DNA of 64,000 bases from an uncultured virus (IMG/VR IMGVR_UViG_3300008255_004085) (taxonomy: Duplodnaviria; Heunggongvirae; Uroviricota; Caudoviricetes). Shown here in pieces: positions 1-9,677 of the stretch (positions are counted from its first letter, which is position 1; each line of letters opens with the position of its first letter). The DNA lies in IMG/VR virus record IMGVR_UViG_3300008255_004085; one strand, 5' to 3'. The notes beneath the pieces were generated by a model. That model was not told where the DNA came from and ran no database searches. It saw nothing but the letters and a program-made list of their open reading frames with translations. Position numbers and translations under genes: made by a program.

Positions 1-363
1 ATTGAGAGAGTTCTTCATCAATTTAATCTTTATAATCCACAAAATAATTCAGAAAAAGATAAACAAAAAGAAAGAAAATTAATAAGTATCTTAACAGAAA
101 TAAGAGAAATTATTAATAATGATCTTTTAAAATCATTTGAACAAACAAAAAGTTATTTTGAAATAGGAGAAATGTTGAAATCTTTAAAAACAATTATAAA
201 TCTTTCATCTCAACTCAAAAAATATAATTATATTTTTTATGATTTGATTGATCAATCCTTTATAGATATGACAAAAGAAATTATATTAGAAAAATTAGAT
301 GAAATAAACGAAGAAAAAGATTGGTATTATAAAGAAATAATTAAAAATCTAGAATTAATCTAA
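1..363 (+). CDS. Hypothetical protein, 5'-truncated by window edge
   Basis: Frame 1 is open from base 1 (IERVLHQFNL...) through the listed 172..363 ORF to TAA; Lys/Glu/Ile-rich, no motif recognised. Confidence 0.6.
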   Translation: MERVLHQFNLYNPQNNSEKDKQKERKLISILTEIREIINNDLLKSFEQTKSYFEIGEMLKSLKTIINLSSQLKKYNYIFYDLIDQSFIDMTKEIILEKLDEINEEKDWYYKEIIKNLELI

Positions 364-1113
364 TCTTTTTTTAATCATCTCAAAATATTCTTCATTCTTT
401 TCAATTAGAATAAATTCTCTTTGTTCACCGGCTTTAATAACTGCTTCTCCGGTTGTTCCTGACCCTGCAAATGGATCAAGAATAACAGATTTTGGTGGAG
501 ATAGTGCTTGAATCCATTTAGAACAAAAATCTAAATCTTTTTGTGTTGGGTGTTTTGTTCTTTCCTTTTTTGGTAAATGATTCTTTGACTTCATTTCCAT
601 TACAGAGATTGGTTTTCTAAATCCATCTTTATTTTCGAAAGAATATTCATCTTTTGTTCGAAGCATTTGTTCATGTGAGGCACTCACATGTTTCTTTCTT
701 TTTCTTGAGTATGGTTCTTTGAAATAACCCAGAGGTCTTTCATTGAAAAAAACATCTGAATTCTTTTTTCTGAAGACCAATCCATATTCATGACAATTAA
801 CAGGTCTTTTTTTATAACTAGCAGCAAAATAATTAGAATGTTTGATGATTACTTCATAATAAAATTCAAGAGTTTTCCATTCTTGAAGCAATTGAAACCA
901 AAGTTGCCAAGAAGAAAAAAGAAAAATAGAACCATCCTTTTTCAAAACTCTAACAAATTCATTTTCGATATTTTTTAAATCAATTTTCCCTTCCCACTCA
1001 ACATGTTTAGTGTTCAACACTCCATAGGGAGGGTCTGTAAAAATTAAATCAATAGAATTTGAAGGAATTTCAGAAAAATTTTCTAAACAATCACCAAGAA
1101 TTATACTATTCAT
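355..1113 (-). CDS. DNA N4-cytosine/N6-adenine methyltransferase (beta class), orphan
   Basis: ILGDC, DLIFTDPPY (catalytic motif IV), HPTQK, ILDPFAGSGTT (SAM-binding motif I), in beta-class order; start moved to ATG 1113 (MNSIILGDC). Confidence 0.92.
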   Translation of the reverse strand: MNSIILGDCLENFSEIPSNSIDLIFTDPPYGVLNTKHVEWEGKIDLKNIENEFVRVLKKDGSIFLFSSWQLWFQLLQEWKTLEFYYEVIIKHSNYFAASYKKRPVNCHEYGLVFRKKNSDVFFNERPLGYFKEPYSRKRKKHVSASHEQMLRTKDEYSFENKDGFRKPISVMEMKSKNHLPKKERTKHPTQKDLDFCSKWIQALSPPKSVILDPFAGSGTTGEAVIKAGEQREFILIEKNEEYFEMIKKRLD

Positions 1114-1116
1114 AGA

Positions 1117-1126
1117 TATAATTATA
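1117..1126. promoter_or_regulatory. Palindromic TATAATTATA, candidate bidirectional -10 element
   Basis: Gives TATAAT on both strands in the 29-bp gap between two divergent starts; no clear -35. Confidence 0.4.
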
Positions 1127-1142
1127 CAAATTGGAGGATGAA

Positions 1143-1745
1143 ATGAAAACATTTTTGAGAATAATAGAAGAATTTAGTGAACATGGATCTTTAGTTAGAA
1201 ACGAATATCTTTTAAGTGCTGGGAAATTTGTTAAAGATGAAATTTTAATTCAAGGATCAATTGTTGAATTAGGATCTTATCGAGGTGGATTGACGATCAA
1301 ACTTGCAAAGATTGCCAACGAATTAGGAATAGAACCTATTTTCGCAGTAGATCTTTGGAAAGAAACTGAAACAGCACAATCAAAACTTGAAAGAATTTCA
1401 GAAGAAATTTATCAATCATTTTTAGATAAATTAGAATCTTTTAATGTTTCAGATGATGTCTTTGTCATCAGGCAAGACACAGCAGAGACAGGAGAAAATT
1501 GGGATGAAGGCCCCATCTCTTTTCTTGTAATTGATGCAAACCATAGATATGAAGCTGTTGTTCAAGATATAATTTCGTGGAAAGATCATGTAATCGAGGG
1601 CGGCTACATTTTCGTTGATGATTTTGGACCTTGGGATGGGACAAATGGTCCACAAGGGGCTGTTGAAGATAAATTACTCAAAACACAAGAAGCAGAACTA
1701 ATTGATCAAATTGGATGTTATGCATTGCTGAAAAAATTAAATTAA
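1143..1745 (+). CDS. Class I SAM-dependent methyltransferase (Methyltransf_24-like)
   Basis: IVELGSYRGG, AVDLW, FLVIDANHRYEAVVQD, GGYIFVDDF; GGAGG RBS 5 nt before ATG 1143. Confidence 0.88.
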   Translation: MKTFLRIIEEFSEHGSLVRNEYLLSAGKFVKDEILIQGSIVELGSYRGGLTIKLAKIANELGIEPIFAVDLWKETETAQSKLERISEEIYQSFLDKLESFNVSDDVFVIRQDTAETGENWDEGPISFLVIDANHRYEAVVQDIISWKDHVIEGGYIFVDDFGPWDGTNGPQGAVEDKLLKTQEAELIDQIGCYALLKKLN

Positions 1746-2405
1746 AATTGAAGAATAATCATTTATCTCTAAACTATAATCATTTTCAATAAAAGATCTA
1801 TATTCTAATTCTATTATTTTTTCTAGATTTTTTGCAGAAAATAATGCTTTCTCTTTTATCCCAATAGAAGAGATATTCTCAAATTTTCTATTTAAAACTA
1901 ATTCTTCCTCAAAATCAACTTCTAAAATTTTTAGAATTTCAATTAAATCTTCTTTTAGATTTTCTGTTTTACCTATAAAATTGATTTTTTTAAATCCTTC
2001 TGCTCTTGTGTAAAGATCATAAATTCTTGTTAAATATCCTGGTGTGAATTTGATTACATTTTTAATAAATCCATTAAAATCTTCTCGTGCATTGTTCTCT
2101 TCAAAACATAAAGTATCTAAATCCCAGGTTGGGTGCCATTGGGCTTTGTCTTCAAAAAGTCTTTGAGAAGATTTTGATTTAAAAGCCCAATAAGATCGAT
2201 ACCATTCAAGTGGATTTCTAACAAAAGTAAATAAAAAAAGATCTTGATGAATATATCTTTCAAAATATTTAGGTGAAAGAGCTAAAAATCCATGTTTTAA
2301 ACCAAATGATTCTATTGGGATGCTAAGTTCAAGAAAAATACGCCAAACCCAAGTTCCTCCTGTTTTTGGAATAATAGAATTATTTTCTGAAAGAAGAATT
2401 GGCAT
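1737..2405 (-). CDS. Sulfotransferase (Sulfotransfer_2-like)
   Basis: IPKTGGTW (5'-phosphosulfate loop), FTFVRNPLEWYRSYW (3'-phosphate motif), FIGKTENLKEDL; ATG 2405 overlaps the upstream TGA. Confidence 0.82.
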   Translation of the reverse strand: MPILLSENNSIIPKTGGTWVWRIFLELSIPIESFGLKHGFLALSPKYFERYIHQDLFLFTFVRNPLEWYRSYWAFKSKSSQRLFEDKAQWHPTWDLDTLCFEENNAREDFNGFIKNVIKFTPGYLTRIYDLYTRAEGFKKINFIGKTENLKEDLIEILKILEVDFEEELVLNRKFENISSIGIKEKALFSAKNLEKIIELEYRSFIENDYSLEINDYSSILI

Positions 2406-3937
2406 CACGATTTCCTTTTTAAACAAAAGAAACAACTTAAAAATTCTTTATTTTTAATTTTATCCCTAAAAGCATTTGATTCCTCTGCATCTGAATAAAA
2501 AGAATCCCGATCTGAAACAAACTGATCCCATTCATTGACTTTACGATATCTATCCCCATCAAGATCGTGGTAGCCAGGATGAATCATAGAAATAAAAACT
2601 TTTTTAAATTCTTTCAAAGAATTTAAAATTTCAAGAACTTGATCATCATTCTCTATAAATTGAAGCAACTCAAAAATAAATACAGAATCAAAATCTTTTT
2701 TATCTAAATTTTGAATTAATGACTCTAAAATATCAAAAATATAACTATTAAAATCTTTTTTAGGAAGAATATATTTATTTCTTATTTCTTTATTTTTAAC
2801 CCAAAATGCATAAAGCTGAGGACGAGTTATAATTAGAATTTTTTCTTTTTCACAAACATCTTTAATCTCTCTAATAAATTCATATCTATTTGATTTTACT
2901 TCGAATTTTTTTTTAGATTGTGTATCAAATAGATATCTTTGATTTTGATGACTTGATTTCAAAAGCTCAAGTTTTTCTTGATCTGAATTCAACTTTTGAA
3001 TGTCATCAAAAAGAATTCTAATATCTCTTCCAACAATTCCATTAACTCCAATTGGTGCTATCATTGTTTCTGGATTATTTCGAAGATAAATAAGATATTC
3101 ATCAGAATTGATTGGGGCAACTGCATTGCAATGTGGGCAAAATTTCCAGTCAAAATTTCTATAACTAAATCTATAATCATTTGTTGGAGGATTAAATTCC
3201 AGATCGAAAGTGTTCGGATAATTAACCAAACAGAATTCTTTTTCACAACAATAGGAATTTGGTTCTTCAAGCTCTGGAATTATTGAATTGGGTGATTTAT
3301 CATGCTCAATTCTAAACATTGCATGACTAATTGTTTGGGATTGAATCCCAGGGAGATGAATCCATCGGCTGTTCATATCTGCATCTTCGTGATGGATCAT
3401 TGTTGTTGCTGCCTCATCGTTCCCGTTGATTTTTAGCATATTCTCTCGTGTAAACGAAAACATACCAGAAGAGCAACACATAATCTGTCTGAGGTTGTTG
3501 AATCGTGGTTTAAACATTTCATAAATTTTATCTGGATGTTGATCCTCAAATTCTTCTATTGGTTTGGTGACATGTGAAAAATCTGTAAAAATTCCCTTTT
3601 GATAATTTTGAATAACCCATTCAAGTGTTTTCTTATGGAACCATCTATAAACGCCCATTCTTAAAAACAAATTATTTTTAGCTAACATTAGGGCATTATT
3701 ATAAACTTCCCAATGAAATCTTCTGCCGATATGTATAGCTTTGCACAATGGCAGATGCTTAACATCTTTTAAATCAAATTTTTCACAAAGATTTTTAACT
3801 ACTTCTTGGTTTCTTTGGCAATGACCATCAAGAAGTATCCATTCAAAATCTTGAACAGTTTGTTGAGCAAGACATTTAATCATTAACTCAAGTTGTTTAG
3901 TCCCAGGAAATACATTTGTAGTTAAAACACTAATCAT
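2405..3937 (-). CDS. GT2/GT7-like glycosyltransferase with Cys cluster and degenerate C-terminal domain
   Basis: MISVLTT...LAQQTVQDFEWILLDG N-terminus; LKINGNDE...HHEDADMNSR resembles the GT2/GT7 C-terminal motif; CCEKEFC and CPHC. Confidence 0.72.
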   Translation of the reverse strand: MISVLTTNVFPGTKQLELMIKCLAQQTVQDFEWILLDGHCQRNQEVVKNLCEKFDLKDVKHLPLCKAIHIGRRFHWEVYNNALMLAKNNLFLRMGVYRWFHKKTLEWVIQNYQKGIFTDFSHVTKPIEEFEDQHPDKIYEMFKPRFNNLRQIMCCSSGMFSFTRENMLKINGNDEAATTMIHHEDADMNSRWIHLPGIQSQTISHAMFRIEHDKSPNSIIPELEEPNSYCCEKEFCLVNYPNTFDLEFNPPTNDYRFSYRNFDWKFCPHCNAVAPINSDEYLIYLRNNPETMIAPIGVNGIVGRDIRILFDDIQKLNSDQEKLELLKSSHQNQRYLFDTQSKKKFEVKSNRYEFIREIKDVCEKEKILIITRPQLYAFWVKNKEIRNKYILPKKDFNSYIFDILESLIQNLDKKDFDSVFIFELLQFIENDDQVLEILNSLKEFKKVFISMIHPGYHDLDGDRYRKVNEWDQFVSDRDSFYSDAEESNAFRDKIKNKEFLSCFFCLKRKS

Positions 3938-5562
3938 TTTTCAGCTCTCCTAACATGAAAACATCTTGAAAGAGAGTTTTCAAATTCATCACCCATTGCT
4001 TCTCTTAATTCCGAAGACATTTCTGCATTTGTTAAAAATTGTTTGCTTTTTGAAAAGAACTCATCCCACCAAGAGAGGGGTTTTGAAGATGCTGGACTAA
4101 TTATCAAAAAAGCAAATTTATATTTTTGAAGAACTTCTTTTAAATAAAAAGAAACCATTTCCTCTTCAAACTCATCAATAGAAAAAACAACAAAAACACC
4201 ACCTGTTGATTTTTTATCCTCTTCAATTGATGCATCAAACTTTTCTTCAATTTTTTCAAGAGCATTAATTAATTCAAATTTATTTGAACTCATTTTTTCT
4301 TTTCTTTTCAAAATTTTATTAATAGCATTATATTTATCAACATTGATTTTCTCATTTCTTTCTTCAAGTTTGTATTTTTCATAGAAATATTTTGGGTGCA
4401 GTTTTATTTTTTTATTTCTAATTTTTTGTTCAAAAAGTTTGTCAAATTCTTCAAGATAAACATAAGCAGAATTTGACCTAATTTCCGATTGGAATAAAGA
4501 CAAATCTTCTATTTTAAGTTTTTTCCACCAATCAACAACATCTTTAAAAAAACTTGTCATTCTTCTAATATCTTTTCTTTTAATTGTTGGAATTAAACTA
4601 CAGGTAAATTGTCTCTGATCAATCCCTAATCCAAAACAAGCCATCCCATTTCCGGCAGCAGGAAGAATTCCGTGAACTCTCCCGCTAATCAAAACATCAT
4701 GGTCACCAAATAACTGAAAGAATTTTTGATAACATGGAGCAAAATTTGCTGTTTTTCCAGGAAAATATTTCAACCAAAAAAATTTATTATCTTTATTTAA
4801 ATTATCAATTTCAATTAATGGCATGTCTTCTTTTAATTCTAAATCATCAAAAACATTTCTTTGAAACATTAAATCAACTTTACAACCTTCTTGTTCAAAG
4901 AAATTAATTATTTTTTTCATTTCAGAAAAATAAAAATGTATTTCTTCTTCTGAAAAAAGACCATTGTTTCTCAAAGTGAACACATCTAAAATTTCTATTA
5001 GAATTTTATTTTTATTTTTTCTTAAATCTTGATCAAGGCAATGAAATCCAAGACATTGATTCATAATAACTCTTTGTGGAACAAATCTAGAGATCAAGCT
5101 ATAACAATTAGGATCACGACAAATAATTAATTTAAGTTGATCTGATTCAATTATCTGTTGCAATTGTTCACTTTTTGCTTTGAAAATGTGCCATTCATAT
5201 TTATCCCATTTACATCCTGTCCCGATGCTAAATAATGAAAATGGTATATTTTGTTGAATACATGATTCATAAATAACTATATCTGTTTTATTGAACCAAG
5301 CTGGACTTCCAACTCTGATCAATAAATCTGAATTTTCAAGAGCTTCGGAGGTATTCTTGGAGAATTCATTAATTTCATCATCACTCAAATTATCATTTTT
5401 ACATTTAACCCATTTAAAATCAATATCTAAATCTTTAAAAAGTCTATAAAATCCAGTACAAGCTATTCCATCAGCATTATCCCATCTATAATCCAAATCT
5501 TTAATATCTCTTTTTTTATCTAAATAATTATGTATTTTTGGTTTTACTAGAACTATTTTCAT
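3934..5562 (-). CDS. Polysaccharide pyruvyl transferase family protein
   Basis: DLLIRVGSP, FSIGTG, IICRDP, LISGRVHGILPAAGNG (typical RxH motif). Confidence 0.75.
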   Translation of the reverse strand: MKIVLVKPKIHNYLDKKRDIKDLDYRWDNADGIACTGFYRLFKDLDIDFKWVKCKNDNLSDDEINEFSKNTSEALENSDLLIRVGSPAWFNKTDIVIYESCIQQNIPFSLFSIGTGCKWDKYEWHIFKAKSEQLQQIIESDQLKLIICRDPNCYSLISRFVPQRVIMNQCLGFHCLDQDLRKNKNKILIEILDVFTLRNNGLFSEEEIHFYFSEMKKIINFFEQEGCKVDLMFQRNVFDDLELKEDMPLIEIDNLNKDNKFFWLKYFPGKTANFAPCYQKFFQLFGDHDVLISGRVHGILPAAGNGMACFGLGIDQRQFTCSLIPTIKRKDIRRMTSFFKDVVDWWKKLKIEDLSLFQSEIRSNSAYVYLEEFDKLFEQKIRNKKIKLHPKYFYEKYKLEERNEKINVDKYNAINKILKRKEKMSSNKFELINALEKIEEKFDASIEEDKKSTGGVFVVFSIDEFEEEMVSFYLKEVLQKYKFAFLIISPASSKPLSWWDEFFSKSKQFLTNAEMSSELREAMGDEFENSLSRCFHVRRAEK

Positions 5563-5585
5563 TTTTTCCTCTTTCTTATAAAATT

Positions 5586-6191
5586 TTATGCATATGCATA
5601 AAACCTATTCTCAAAACACCATTTGTATTTTTCTTCAACCAGATGAAATAGATTTTTAGAAAAATAATTCTCTGGGGCATCATGAATAGAAGTATTAACA
5701 CTTTTTAACTTTACATCTATATTTAATCCTTTGCTAGATAAAAAAGATGATAAATCATCATTAATACTTTCTAATTTTAGAATTGTAAGATTTTTAGGAG
5801 TTTGACCATCAATCGTCAATAACTCCCCAAAAGACCTATCATGAATATCCTTGCTTTTACACCAATATTCAACGAACTCTTCAAAAGTATGCTCTCTTGC
5901 AAATGACATTGATAATCTATTGGGGCTTACGTTACTTGCCTGATTATAGAAAAAATATAAAGAAACAATATGTGAATATGGATTTCGAATATTAGATATT
6001 ATATCATAATTATCTAGACAGATTCCTAATTTGTTAATATATTCTATCGGTTCTTGTAAAGACTCATGTTCTGTTTTATTGTTATAATAGACAAAATTTG
6101 GAAATAAGTCTTTTAAAAAATATTTGGTTGAAGTACCTCCTGTTTTTTTTATATGTAAAAATGCTATTTTAGGATCTGGAAAGATAATCAT
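5586..6191 (-). CDS. Sulfotransferase (Sulfotransfer_2-like)
   Basis: AFLHIKKTGGTS, IRNPYSHIVSLYFF, LKLESINDDL, VNTS. Confidence 0.85.
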   Translation of the reverse strand: MIIFPDPKIAFLHIKKTGGTSTKYFLKDLFPNFVYYNNKTEHESLQEPIEYINKLGICLDNYDIISNIRNPYSHIVSLYFFYNQASNVSPNRLSMSFAREHTFEEFVEYWCKSKDIHDRSFGELLTIDGQTPKNLTILKLESINDDLSSFLSSKGLNIDVKLKSVNTSIHDAPENYFSKNLFHLVEEKYKWCFENRFYAYA

Positions 6192-6577
6192 TTTTCCCTT
6201 TCATGATGTTTTAATGCTGGTTTCATTAAATTAAATTCTGGCCAGAGGAATTTGCCCCCGAAGATTACTTTTGGCTTTTTAATTTGTGAAGCAAGTGAGC
6301 AGGCATCGCTAACAAATCGTTGATTTAGATCTGACATAAAATTCTTTTTCACATAGATTTTGATGTCATTCCCGGTTAGACCTTTTTGGATAGCTTGATA
6401 GGCTGATCTGGTTGCTGATGATTGGATCGTCATTAGATTGAACAATTTATCTTTTGAAATTTGGTCAAACCAAGCGATAGCAGGGATCGTGGTTCTCATA
6501 GTTAAAGAATTCTTTAAATAAAAGATTGATCCCTTATTTGAATAAGTTTTTCTAAGTTTTTCTAAATTCTCGGCCAA
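6188..6577 (-). pseudogene. N-terminal fragment of an IS200/IS605 TnpB-related protein (no RuvC)
   Basis: LMTIQSSATRSAYQAI...LNQRFVSDA...KVIFGGK matches the N-terminus of TnpB-related accessory proteins; ORF ends about 20 aa after VIFGG; locally higher GC. Confidence 0.6.
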
Positions 6578-6591
6578 CGGTTGATGCCTCC

Positions 6592-7557
6592 TTAAAAAGA
6601 ATCTAATTTCTTTTTAACTGCATTCAAATCATCATCATAAAAAATTGGGAAAAAAGTTTTTTCAATATTTTCTGGATTAATTGGTCCAAGATATGGGAAT
6701 AATTTGTCAGATCTAGTCCCACCTTGACATCTGAAAATTTCAAGACAAGGTGTTTTTAAAACATCAGAAATCATTCCGAAACCAGATTCATAGGTAATAA
6801 CAAAATCAATTGATCTAATTAATTCAATTAAATCAAGAAAATTATGATCAATTAGAAGTTCACATTTTATGCCTTTTGCTTTCATAGAATTAAAAACATC
6901 AGAAGTTAGATCATTGTCATAGCTTGCACCGACAACAAAAATTTTTAGATCTTCAAATTCCTTCCAATTTTGAATTAACAAAGTAAGATCTAACCAGAAA
7001 TTTGGATCTGGGTGAACGTTGCAATTGAGATTGTTCCTATAACTTGAACAATAGAGTAAAAGATTTTGTTTGTTTTCTGAAATTTTTCTTTTAGCCCATT
7101 CTTTTGATTGATCGTTTGTTTTTAACTTGATGTCATAACAACATGGGAATTTTGGCATAAATTCTTCAATGTGTTTATTATTTTCAAGAAAAGAATTGAT
7201 GTGAAGAACAGGAATTCCATTGAATAAAACATTTTTGGGTGGATTGAAAATATCATCGATATTTTTTAAGATATATTTTTTGTGATTAAACCCAGGAAGA
7301 TATTCAAAAGATTTAATACCTTCCAAGGCCCCAAGAATCTGATGAGATCTTTGTGGCCAAGAATCTGTTGTTTTTATATTTATCTCAAAACCTTGATTTA
7401 TTAAATGAATTGTCTTGAAATGGGTATAAATGATATCTCCAAGGCCATTTAGATAAAAAAGATCTATTTCATTCTTTTTTTCAAGATGAGAAGGTTTTAT
7501 TTCTTTTATTTCTCCTGTTATGGCAATGGGTGTCTTTCCTTTAATTCTAATTCTCAT
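6592..7557 (-). CDS. GT9-like (GT-B) glycosyltransferase, divergent
   Basis: NGLGDIIY, FVVGASYD, DFVITYESGFGMISDVLKTP. Confidence 0.7.
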   Translation of the reverse strand: MRIRIKGKTPIAITGEIKEIKPSHLEKKNEIDLFYLNGLGDIIYTHFKTIHLINQGFEINIKTTDSWPQRSHQILGALEGIKSFEYLPGFNHKKYILKNIDDIFNPPKNVLFNGIPVLHINSFLENNKHIEEFMPKFPCCYDIKLKTNDQSKEWAKRKISENKQNLLLYCSSYRNNLNCNVHPDPNFWLDLTLLIQNWKEFEDLKIFVVGASYDNDLTSDVFNSMKAKGIKCELLIDHNFLDLIELIRSIDFVITYESGFGMISDVLKTPCLEIFRCQGGTRSDKLFPYLGPINPENIEKTFFPIFYDDDLNAVKKKLDSF

Positions 7558-8675
7558 TTCAACCTCTCTAAAATTTTTTCAAAAACCTGTTCAACTGAAA
7601 TTTCATTCATACAAATGTGGTTACTAAGTGGGCATCCCCAATTCCAACTTCCTCCATGTGAAAACTCACAGGGTTGAATTTCACATCTCGGTTTAGAAAA
7701 GATATAGTCAACACATTCTTTTTCTTCATGTCTCCAATATTTTCCTGTCGGTCCAGTTAATGCAATTGCAGGTTCGTTAAGCAAAGCTGCGGCATGAATT
7801 AAAGACCCTTCAACATCAACATGAATTTGTGCTTCTTGAATTAACCTACAACTTTCAAGGAAGTTATTTTTATCAAGAAAATTTTCAATTTCACCATTCA
7901 TTGCTATCTCATTTTTTCCACCTATTTGAATTATACGAATTCCAAGTTCTTTTTTAATTTTTTTTGCTAATTCTTGCCATTTTTCATATGGCCAAAATTT
8001 TGTTGTCCAAGTCCCATGTCCAACAAATCCCCATTGGTGAAATGTGACAAACTTTTGATTTTTTAATTCTTGAAAAACTTTTGAATTTTCAAATTCTTTG
8101 AATGCTCTTGAATTTTCAATTGATTCTTTTGCATCATCAAAGTTTGAATCTAAACAATGAATATGGTTGAAACCATCTATGGCTTGGATTGCCCCATTCC
8201 CCCAAACTTTTCCACCTGCGGCTTTTTCTGGGTTCACCTCCCAATAATCTCCAAAAAAGTTTTTTTGATTTGTTGCAGAATTTTTTAATTGATTAAAATA
8301 ATCTGTGTGTTTGATCTTTTTCCAATTAATAACAGAAAATGTTGATGGTCGCAAACAATAAAAAATATCAAAAACATTTAAGCAACTTCTTTGAATTTGA
8401 TAAATTTCACGATAAGTTGATTGTCGATGAATACAAAAATCTTGATGTTTAAAAACTTCAGAGAATGTCCCCTGTGGTGTTAAAAATTCAATTGTTGATT
8501 CTGGAAATTTTCTTTTAATTGCTTTCAAAACAGCATAAGAAAAAAAAGCATCTCCGAATCCACCATCTCTCCATGCGCCAATGTTCAATCGTGTGTGGCG
8601 AGATTTTTTAACCTCCTTTATTTGTTTGGTTTGATCAAGGGGGTTTAAACCTGCATTCGAAATTGTCATTCTCAT
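7554..8675 (-). CDS. GT9 family glycosyltransferase
   Basis: GGFGDAFF...IKRKFP, TKFWPYEKW, IIQIGG, HVDVEGSLIHAAALL...LTGPT, C-terminal Cys cluster. Confidence 0.85.
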   Translation of the reverse strand: MRMTISNAGLNPLDQTKQIKEVKKSRHTRLNIGAWRDGGFGDAFFSYAVLKAIKRKFPESTIEFLTPQGTFSEVFKHQDFCIHRQSTYREIYQIQRSCLNVFDIFYCLRPSTFSVINWKKIKHTDYFNQLKNSATNQKNFFGDYWEVNPEKAAGGKVWGNGAIQAIDGFNHIHCLDSNFDDAKESIENSRAFKEFENSKVFQELKNQKFVTFHQWGFVGHGTWTTKFWPYEKWQELAKKIKKELGIRIIQIGGKNEIAMNGEIENFLDKNNFLESCRLIQEAQIHVDVEGSLIHAAALLNEPAIALTGPTGKYWRHEEKECVDYIFSKPRCEIQPCEFSHGGSWNWGCPLSNHICMNEISVEQVFEKILERLK

Positions 8676-8687
8676 CAGTTAAACCTT

Positions 8688-9629
8688 TCAAAAATCAATC
8701 ACCTTTGTTGAATCAAAACCATCTAAAATTTCTTGAAGATATTTCTCAACCAATGCCATCGGAACCTTCAAAACGCAAAGATCTTCACATCCTCTCTCAA
8801 AACAAGGGCAACAAGGTTTGTTTGCAAACAAAACAATGATTTTCTCATAAAACATCGCAAGGTTTTCTGGACGTGTCGGACCAAAAACTGCAAGAATCGG
8901 TTTCCCCAAAGCACCAGCCAAGTGCATCAATCCTGTATCAACTGTCAAAACAGCATCAGAATGAAAGACAAGAGAAATTAATTGTTCAAGTGCAGGAGTG
9001 TTTCCAGACCAATTTGAGACATTTGGTGCCTCCTCAATTTCAACAGGATGACGACCGACGATGATGAAATTGATATCTTGAAATTTTTCAAAAACACAAG
9101 AAAAAAGATTTGTTGGTATACTTCTAGGGGAAGTTGATTTAAAACTTTCAGTTGAGACAAGGACTGTTCTGCCTGAAAGTTTTAAATCTTCAAGTGCTAA
9201 ATCTCTAATTTGAGGAAGACATTCAAGTTTTGGTCTTTTTTGTTCAAGGGTCAAGCAGGTTGGATCGATGTCGCACATTGCAAAAAAACTATCAATTTTT
9301 GTCACAATCCCCTGTCTCCCATTGTTGTGAATCTTGTTCAAAAGAAAAATCTTTGAGAAATCATGGACAGGAAAATTATCGTGTTCTTCAAACCCAATCG
9401 GAGGGATAGCACAATCAAGGACGGGTTTGTATTCGGGGAGGGTAGCGACAACGGGTTTGAACCCTTGCTCAAAAAAATAGCGTGCAACTGGTTCAAGCAT
9501 AATTAAATCGCCAAGCCGATAATGTCTTTGAAGAAGAATCTTTTCATCATTTTTAATTGAAATAACTCTTTCTTTCTTTTGATCGGATTTGTGGTTGGGG
9601 TTTTTCCCGCTAATTCTAATTCTCATCAT
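8688..9629 (-). CDS. GT9 family glycosyltransferase
   Basis: RLGDLIML, VLTVDTGLMHLAGALGKPILAVFGPT, CCPCF. Confidence 0.9.
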   Translation of the reverse strand: MMRIRISGKNPNHKSDQKKERVISIKNDEKILLQRHYRLGDLIMLEPVARYFFEQGFKPVVATLPEYKPVLDCAIPPIGFEEHDNFPVHDFSKIFLLNKIHNNGRQGIVTKIDSFFAMCDIDPTCLTLEQKRPKLECLPQIRDLALEDLKLSGRTVLVSTESFKSTSPRSIPTNLFSCVFEKFQDINFIIVGRHPVEIEEAPNVSNWSGNTPALEQLISLVFHSDAVLTVDTGLMHLAGALGKPILAVFGPTRPENLAMFYEKIIVLFANKPCCPCFERGCEDLCVLKVPMALVEKYLQEILDGFDSTKVIDF

Positions 9630-9677
9630 TTCGACCTTTCAATTTTGTTCTTCTCACAAAAAACAGAAAAACCTTCC

